Shown in pieces: positions 23,454 to 29,269 of a DNA stretch of 29,269 nt. The DNA comes from a virus (lineage: Duplodnaviria; Caudoviricetes). Where the stretch lies: the IMG/VR virus record IMGVR_UViG_3300037762_000191, positions 1-29,269 of that record, one strand, 5' to 3'. Every line of letters starts with the position of its first letter. Position 1 is the first letter of the stretch. The notes under the pieces were generated by a model. That model was not told where the DNA came from. It saw only the letters and a program-made list of their open reading frames with translations, and ran no database searches. Both the position numbers and the translations under genes were made by a program.

Positions 23454-23929
23454 GTGTCCGTCCTCTGGAAGGGGGCCGCCGGCACGTCGACCATCACGTC
23501 ACGGTCGATGACCAGATGAATCCGCGGCCGATCAGTCGGGTTGTCCACCTGGTGCGACTCCCAGTGCTTCACCGGGAACGACACGCCCGCCTCGACCTCG
23601 CGGCCGTCGAAGGTGCCCGCCGGGTGGATCGGCACGTGCCACCGTTCGTGGTAGGGGCCTTCGTCGATGTGCGGGCCGATGAACCCGTGTGGCGGCACTA
23701 GCGCGACCCACGCCGTCCACACCGGGTCAAACTCGGCCAACACGAACCGGAACAGTGCCGCCGCCGACTTTGCGCGGGTGCCTTGCACCAGCGACGCGAA
23801 CTGGTAGCCGGGATTGACTTCGTCGTCGGCGGTGACAGGTTGCGCCCACGCCGACGCGGGCATCTGCGCGAAAGCCGAGGCCAGCCGTTCGGGGTCGAAC
23901 GTCGGCCCCGGCTCCCGCATGAGCTCCAC
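23450..23929 (-). CDS. Aspartyl/asparaginyl beta-hydroxylase-like 2OG-Fe(II) dioxygenase
   Basis: IGPHIDEG (HxD), RWHVPI, and SHQVDNPTDRPRIHLVID (distal H and the 2OG-binding R). Begins immediately after the capsid stop. Confidence 0.8.
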   Translation of the reverse strand: MELMREPGPTFDPERLASAFAQMPASAWAQPVTADDEVNPGYQFASLVQGTRAKSAAALFRFVLAEFDPVWTAWVALVPPHGFIGPHIDEGPYHERWHVPIHPAGTFDGREVEAGVSFPVKHWESHQVDNPTDRPRIHLVIDRDVMVDVPAAPFQRTDT

Positions 23930-25198
23930 TCAGATCGCGGAGTGGGTGAAGCTCTTGACCGCGCCCGTGAGGTCGACCAGGGCAGCGTCCGCGCGCAGAA
24001 TGGCGCGGAAGCTCACGAGGTCGTTCCCGAAGGCAAAGTCGTCGGACCGCTCGAACCGGATGCCACCCGCGTAGCGGACGAAGTACGCGGCCCAGTCGCC
24101 GAAGAAGATGCTCTCGGCGGACGCCGCCGGGGAGGCGACGAACGGGTCGATGAATACGGGCTTGCCCAGGATCGTGTCCGGGGCACCGATCTGAACCGAC
24201 GGCTGCCACACGTAGAGGCCGTCGGCCGTCTTGATGCGGCGGACCAGGGAGGCAGTCGTGTCATTCATGACGAACGCCGCCGACCGGGAGGCCCGGTACG
24301 GCGAGATCACCGAGTGGTACAGCGAGATGAGCAGGTCGAAGCCCATGCCGACTGTGCCCTGCGCGCCGAACGTGGTCGTGGTGCCCACCGGGCCGGTCAC
24401 ACCCGCGCCGGCGTCGAGCGCGATACCACGGGGTTCCGTCGTGCCCGCGCCGACGACCATGTCCTCGCCAAAGGCGTTACCGAGCGCGCGGCCGATCGAC
24501 CGGGCCAGGTAGCCCTCCAAGTCCACACCGGTGTCGGTGAGGAGCTCGCGAGTGACCTGGATGAGACGGCCGTACTTGAACGCCCCGAGGCTGGTCTGGC
24601 CGAACGTCGGGTCCGCCTCGAGCAGCGCACCAGCTTCGAGGACGATCGCCGGGTTGGTGGTGTGGGTGAGCGTCTTCGGGATCTGCAGGACCTCACCGGA
24701 ACCGGTGTTGAGCACCGTCGGCCCGGCCTGCAGGATGCCGGACACCTCGATCATATGCTCGACGAGCTGGTTGTAGAACGATGTCGGCACGGTGAACTTG
24801 CCCGCCGCGTCGGTCAGCTTCGACAGGTCACGGTAGCTGGTGGGCACCGTGCGGGACTCCGGCTTGAGCTCGAACTCCCGCGGCTTGCCCGGGCCACCGA
24901 TCAGGAACGAGCGGAACTCGTCCACGACGTCGGGCTTTCCGTCGTCGCGCTTGCCGGTGATCGGCTTGCCCTGCAGCTTGTCGAAGGCGTCATCGGCGTC
25001 CTTTGCCCGCTGTTCGCCCTTGATGACGGCCTGGATGCGCTCGTCGAGCTTGTCGAGTTCGCCGTTGTACGCATCCCAGGTGCCCTGCTCTTCTGCGCTG
25101 AACTCGCGGTTGTCTTCGACCGCGGTGTCGGACAGCTCCTTCGCCTGCTCCCAGACGTTCTGCCGCCGTTCCCGCAGCCTCTTCACGATCTCGGACAT
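23930..25198 (-). CDS. Major capsid protein, HK97 fold, with N-terminal delta (scaffold) domain, 422 aa
   Basis: AAAGGGGG RBS before the ATG at 25198. Coiled-coil N-terminus, then GKFTVP, GAGTTEPRGI, FVMN...IKTADGLYVWQP, ILGKPV, IFFGDW. Confidence 0.95.
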   Translation of the reverse strand: MSEIVKRLRERRQNVWEQAKELSDTAVEDNREFSAEEQGTWDAYNGELDKLDERIQAVIKGEQRAKDADDAFDKLQGKPITGKRDDGKPDVVDEFRSFLIGGPGKPREFELKPESRTVPTSYRDLSKLTDAAGKFTVPTSFYNQLVEHMIEVSGILQAGPTVLNTGSGEVLQIPKTLTHTTNPAIVLEAGALLEADPTFGQTSLGAFKYGRLIQVTRELLTDTGVDLEGYLARSIGRALGNAFGEDMVVGAGTTEPRGIALDAGAGVTGPVGTTTTFGAQGTVGMGFDLLISLYHSVISPYRASRSAAFVMNDTTASLVRRIKTADGLYVWQPSVQIGAPDTILGKPVFIDPFVASPAASAESIFFGDWAAYFVRYAGGIRFERSDDFAFGNDLVSFRAILRADAALVDLTGAVKSFTHSAI

Positions 25199-25227
25199 GC
25201 CGAGGTCCCCCTTTCTAGGGGTCGAGA

Positions 25228-25365
25228 GGTGGGTGGTTCCTGCTGCGGGGTGGGTTGGTCCCTGCCCCAGGTGAAGCGTTCGCGTGGTGGGTTGGTCCCT
25301 GCCACGCCTTACCGGGAGTGCGGCCTTCCGCACAGCAGGCGTCTACCGGTGGGTTGGTCCCTGCC
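25228..25365 (-). repeat. Direct-repeat array in the capsid leader: GGCAGGGACCAACCCACC x3 plus one degenerate copy
   Basis: Exact 18-mers at 25249-25266, 25286-25303 and 25348-25365; variant GCAGGAACCACCCACC at 25228-25243. Confidence 0.92.
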
Positions 25366-25388
25366 GGTCAACGTCTGGGAGATGGCGC

Positions 25389-26225
25389 TCAGGACTCGTC
25401 GACGTACGGGTCCTGACGTCGAGCCAGCAGCGCCGCAGCGGCGGCCGGTCCGAACATCTTCGGCTTCGCCGGCGGCTTGCCGGACTTGTCGGAGCGGACG
25501 AAGAACTTCCGCAGTTCGCCCTGCTTCGCAAGACTGCGGACCTCGTCGTAATCCGCGTGGACGTGCTCTGCGAGGGACCGCAGCCCCGTGGTCGTGTCCG
25601 GGTATGCCGGACGGGTCACCGGGGCGACGTCCACGAGGATGCCCGAAACGAGGGTTCGCAACGGGCCACCGTCCTCGGTAACCCCCCATTCGTCCTCGAG
25701 GGTCTGGAACGCGAATGACGACTTCTGCACGTCGCCGCGTTCGATCCATTCCACGACCTGGCGCATACTCTCCGGCGGCTCCACCTCGTACAGCAGACCA
25801 GTGCCGTCGAGGGTCAGCTGCAGCGTGCGACCCGCAGTTGTTCCGAGCAGGAAGGCGTCGTCGTGGTTGAACCTGGCGATCACCTCCGGCCAGCCGTCGC
25901 CGCGTGACTTGTTGAAGAACGAGCCACCGATCTGCTCGACGAAGCCGCCCAGGTTCCGGCTGTAGACCATCGTCTTGGCGGCATAGCCGCCGATCTTCTT
26001 GTGCTGGCCATCCAGGCGGACCTCAACCGGCACCGACGTGTACCGCCGTTCCAGTTCGCTCATGCTCGGTGCTCCGTTCGATTCGCTTGAATACAGCGCG
26101 GCCAACTGCTTCTCAGCTGCCGCTCTCGTCGGATGACAGCCGGCGACAGAGCCGTCGGAGTCCTTTATCACCGCATGTGGCTTGGACGCCGGACATTGCC
26201 CGCTCGAGCCGATGTGCCACGGCAC
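25389..26225 (-). CDS. HK97-family prohead protease with 54-aa N-terminal extension (second possible start at 26063)
   Basis: IGGYAA, SRNLGGFVEQI, FNHD, LGTT, ERGDVQKSSFAF, DVAPVTRPAYPDT. Located between portal and capsid. Confidence 0.92.
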   Translation of the reverse strand: MPWHIGSSGQCPASKPHAVIKDSDGSVAGCHPTRAAAEKQLAALYSSESNGAPSMSELERRYTSVPVEVRLDGQHKKIGGYAAKTMVYSRNLGGFVEQIGGSFFNKSRGDGWPEVIARFNHDDAFLLGTTAGRTLQLTLDGTGLLYEVEPPESMRQVVEWIERGDVQKSSFAFQTLEDEWGVTEDGGPLRTLVSGILVDVAPVTRPAYPDTTTGLRSLAEHVHADYDEVRSLAKQGELRKFFVRSDKSGKPPAKPKMFGPAAAAALLARRQDPYVDES

Positions 26226-27512
26226 TTACCGCACCACCCGCAGTGGTGGCTCATCCTCGTCATCACCAGTGGTCAGCGCCGGCTGTTTCGGCGCCGCGTG
26301 CAACGGCACGTACTCCTGGCCACCTTGCCCCGCTGGCAGCGGCTCCAGATCCTCGGACCCACGGACCTCGTCCCGGTTCTTCCAGCCGTCCTCCAGCGCG
26401 AGGTGGTGCGCCTGGTAGCGGGTCTTCAAATCTGCCCGCACCGTCGCGTCCGCGTTGAATCTCACGTACTGCCGCTCCGGCAATAGGGCCGAAAGTCCCG
26501 TCTCGAACCGCACAAGCCACGGACGAAGGTCCGCAACCCGGCGGATCTGCCGCCGCTCCTCCGTGTTGTACGTCAGCGAGTTCGCCGGCACTCCGCCGAT
26601 CTCCTCCGGCGCGATCCCATAGATGGCGGCGATCTGATTCGCGGTCAGGTTCTGCGTCTCGACGAACTGCGCCTCTTGCGGCGGAATCGAGATGGCGTTG
26701 AAGTCCCAGTCCTTGCCGTAGACGAGCGGCTCACGGGACCGGATCGCCGCCATCAGCCGTGTCTTGATCGTCGCGGCCGTGGCCTGATCGATCGTCTGCT
26801 CCGAGTTCTTGTACGTCCCCGGCGGCACCCCGCCGGCGGCAAACCACTCCGCCCCATACGACTGCGCCCCCAGACCCACACCCAATGTCAGCGCATAATG
26901 CTCGATCGGCGACAGGCCCAACGTCTGCCCCGGCACCGTCAGCCACGGGATGTGGACCAGGTCCGACCGGTCCACCCGGCGGCCGTTCCAGTACCACTGC
27001 GCCTGCCCCGGCACTGAGTCGTCGACGAAGAACTCCGACCGGGGACGCCACTGCACTCCCGTCGGGAACCCGAACCCGTCCAGGCTGGTGATGATCCCGA
27101 TCGCGTTGCCGTGCGCGGCGAGCGAGAAGATCCCCTGCGACGTCCAGTCCACCAGCGTCCCGTCCTCGTCGAGGAACTGGAACAACTGCGGCAGGCTCGA
27201 CATCGGCTCACGCTGATCCGGGCCCGTCTTCCGGTACGCCTTCAACGGCAGCGTCGACACCCCGTCGCAGAGGAACCGGAATGCGGCGAACACCGGCGCC
27301 AGCGACAGCGCCCGCTGCTGCGTCGCCGGCTCGTACCGGCCAGGCCCGACATCGAACGGATACCACGGCACCGAGTCGATCGACCGCTGCTCGGACGGCT
27401 GCTGCGACGCCAACACCGACCCGGGCTCGAAGTTCCCCCACTCCATCGCCGCCTTCAACTGCAACCGGGCGGCGGACACGGGGGGCGACTTACGGCGGAA
27501 GGGGTTTCGCAC
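26226..27512 (-). CDS. Portal protein, HK97 family
   Basis: VSTLPLKAY, HGNA, DLVHI, GLSPI, AQFVET...QIAAIYGI.P, NRDEVR. Located after TerL. Confidence 0.95.
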   Translation of the reverse strand: MRNPFRRKSPPVSAARLQLKAAMEWGNFEPGSVLASQQPSEQRSIDSVPWYPFDVGPGRYEPATQQRALSLAPVFAAFRFLCDGVSTLPLKAYRKTGPDQREPMSSLPQLFQFLDEDGTLVDWTSQGIFSLAAHGNAIGIITSLDGFGFPTGVQWRPRSEFFVDDSVPGQAQWYWNGRRVDRSDLVHIPWLTVPGQTLGLSPIEHYALTLGVGLGAQSYGAEWFAAGGVPPGTYKNSEQTIDQATAATIKTRLMAAIRSREPLVYGKDWDFNAISIPPQEAQFVETQNLTANQIAAIYGIAPEEIGGVPANSLTYNTEERRQIRRVADLRPWLVRFETGLSALLPERQYVRFNADATVRADLKTRYQAHHLALEDGWKNRDEVRGSEDLEPLPAGQGGQEYVPLHAAPKQPALTTGDDEDEPPLRVVR

Positions 27513-27521
27513 AGCGCCCCC

Positions 27522-28964
27522 TCACCAGATCGACTCGAGCAGGTCGTACGACGGCTGCGTCTCCAACAACCAACTCGCACCGGTTACCGCCACCAGCGGC
27601 GAGATGTCACCCGACCGGCGACGAGACCACGTCCACAGGTCGTCCCCGATGTCACGCTTGATCGCCACCGACAACGCCTGCGCGAACTCGGTCGCACCCG
27701 AATGGGTCACCGCCCGATCCGCCACCAACTTCTGCAGATGCCCGCAGGCCCGGCCCATGTCCGACGCGGTGAACTGCCCCGGCTCGATCCCGCGATCCTT
27801 GAGCTCCGGCAGCAGCGACGTCACCGCACCGGTGCCCAATACCGCGAACCGGGCACCCGGATACCGGCTCGCCAGTTCCGCCGCACGATCCGGCAGCCAA
27901 TCCGACCCGGCACGGTAGTCCGCGAGCTCAAGGTGCGGCTTGCCCTCGTGGACGCCGGCCACCCCGATGCTCGCCGACCGCAATTCCGGCGAGGCGTCAA
28001 GGAAGAACACCGGCGACGGCGGCCGATCCGGCAGATCGACCGCGCACGCTTCCCAGTCCCGTGGGTCGATCGGTTTCGGCTCCAACAACGACACCCGCTG
28101 ACACAGCACCTCGGTCCGGAAGACATCCTCGTCGTCGGTGCCCAGGTCCGACGCCAGCGTGTCCTCGGCGATCGTGTGACCCAACGCTGGATTCGCCGCC
28201 GGCCACACCGAACGATCCGCCGTGTCGCAACCCGGCGGCGCCGACCACTCGAAGATCGCCAACGAATCGTCGCCCTGCCCCAACTCCAACTTCGCCAGCG
28301 CCTTCGCCTGCAGATGGTTCAACACCACCGAGCCGTCGTCGCCCATGTTCGACAACGCCCACCGCTGACCCCGAGGCCGCGCATTTGTCGTCTTGCTCGA
28401 GGCCGACCAAGCATCCCAAGTCCGATGCTCGCGGAGCTCATCCAAGATCAGCAGATCCACCGCCAACGACCTGCCGCCAGTCCTCGACGCTGTGCCGATC
28501 TTGTACCGGCCACCAGCCAACGTGGTCAGCGTCTGCTCACCGTTCGAGCGGCGCTCCGGCCACACGAACTCCGCAGCCACATCCTCGCTGCCCTTCGCCA
28601 GCTGGACCGCGCCCTCCCACGACTCCTTCGCATAGTCCAGGTTCGTCGATGTGCCCAGCACCATCTGCGCGCCGTCCATGATCATGCGCCACAGCGCCAA
28701 CACCTTCAACGCCGTCGTCTTCCCGTTCTGCCGGGCCACCAACACCAGCACCGTGCGGAACCGGTACGACCCGTCAGGCTTCAACTCCAGCCCGTGGACG
28801 AACAGCCACTCCTGCCACGGCAGCAGATCGATCCCCAGCACATTCCGCGAAAACTCGCAGACCTCGAACCCGAGGCTCGTCTCAGGCGTCAACTCCCGAG
28901 CCGGCGGAGTCCACAGCCGCGGCACGGCGCTGCCGAGCAGCACGGAGCTCAGCAAGGTGGCCAC
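27522..28964 (-). CDS. terL: Terminase large subunit
   Basis: LLPWQ, Walker A VARQNGKT, Walker B LLILDE, ANPALG, DISPLVAVT. Start inferred at GTG 28964 with GGAGG 9 nt upstream, and is uncertain. Confidence 0.93.
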   Translation of the reverse strand: MATLLSSVLLGSAVPRLWTPPARELTPETSLGFEVCEFSRNVLGIDLLPWQEWLFVHGLELKPDGSYRFRTVLVLVARQNGKTTALKVLALWRMIMDGAQMVLGTSTNLDYAKESWEGAVQLAKGSEDVAAEFVWPERRSNGEQTLTTLAGGRYKIGTASRTGGRSLAVDLLILDELREHRTWDAWSASSKTTNARPRGQRWALSNMGDDGSVVLNHLQAKALAKLELGQGDDSLAIFEWSAPPGCDTADRSVWPAANPALGHTIAEDTLASDLGTDDEDVFRTEVLCQRVSLLEPKPIDPRDWEACAVDLPDRPPSPVFFLDASPELRSASIGVAGVHEGKPHLELADYRAGSDWLPDRAAELASRYPGARFAVLGTGAVTSLLPELKDRGIEPGQFTASDMGRACGHLQKLVADRAVTHSGATEFAQALSVAIKRDIGDDLWTWSRRRSGDISPLVAVTGASWLLETQPSYDLLESIW

Positions 28965-29223
28965 CCACAACCCCCTCCGCGTCCAACGCCTTCCGCTCGG
29001 CCGGCGCGCCACCCAGCGACCTCAGCACAGCCATCAGATTCTGACCCAAGTAACCGATAGCCCGCTGATCGTCGCCAGCCTTGTCGATCTCCGCCGCATA
29101 CCTCACCGCAAGAGCCACCATCGCCTGGTCGGACTCCTTGAGCCACGACATGGCCGCAACCGCAGCCTCGACCGACTCCTGCAGCAACCCGCGAATGCGA
29201 GTCACCCGACCGGGAGCAGCCAT
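28882..29223 (-). CDS. terS: Terminase small subunit (actinophage type)
   Basis: 113-aa helical protein upstream of and overlapping TerL; D.A.V.LA..YA..ID...L..LG..P..R pattern. Confidence 0.82.
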   Translation of the reverse strand: MAAPGRVTRIRGLLQESVEAAVAAMSWLKESDQAMVALAVRYAAEIDKAGDDQRAIGYLGQNLMAVLRSLGGAPAERKALDAEGVVGGHLAELRAARQRRAAAVDSAGSGVDA

Positions 29224-29269
29224 GTCACCACCCTAGGACGGGGTCGAGGGGAGAGAGAAATAACACGAC

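Noticed and set aside
23930-25333. 467-aa capsid ORF with 45-aa N-terminal extension
   Set aside because: The extension merely translates the repeat leader. A strong RBS precedes the ATG at 25198.
25228-25365. CRISPR mini-array interpretation of the 18-nt repeats
   Set aside because: The repeats are too short, spacers are very unequal (about 5, 19 and 44 nt), and there are no cas genes. Kept as a regulatory-repeat finding instead.
16308-29060. Long plus-strand ORFs (e.g. 16308-17723, 23783-25681, 27111-29060)
   Set aside because: Antisense shadows of high-GC genes with biased composition and no recognisable motifs.
25216-29250. CTCGACCCC...CTAG upstream of both terS and capsid starts
   Set aside because: Only 9 nt are shared, and similar GGGTCGAG words occur elsewhere, including in coding DNA, so chance cannot be excluded.
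1-29269. tRNA/rRNA genes, IS elements, att sites, lysin B, host genes
   Set aside because: None were recognisable by eye. Intergenic space is minimal, so prophage versus free phage cannot be decided from this window.

Overview
The whole window is high-GC, actinobacterial-type tailed-phage (siphovirus-like) DNA, either a prophage or a phage contig, and I see no host genes. A single, tightly coupled minus-strand late operon runs from 29223 to 2598. Its order is TerS, TerL, HK97-type portal, prohead protease, major capsid, then a ~7.8-kb accessory block (AspH-like 2OG-Fe(II) hydroxylase, small proteins, a Tat-like peptide, a beta-helix spike, an FN3 protein and a 16-repeat fibre-like protein). 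It continues with head-tail adaptor, tail completion genes, tail tube, tail chaperones with a -1 frameshift, a tape measure carrying an M23 peptidase, minor tail proteins, two lysins and a holin. It converges at a UUCG hairpin on a plus-strand operon containing a tyrosine recombinase and small, partly membrane proteins. The most unusual signals are: (1) three perfect 18-nt repeats plus one degenerate copy in the capsid 5' leader; (2) a terminator after the tail-tube gene whose loop is complementary to tandem repeats covering the next RBS; (3) a modular appendage cassette inside the head/neck module whose proteins share short repeated motifs; (4) a hydroxylase abutting the capsid gene. All family assignments come from motif reading and gene order, not database searches.
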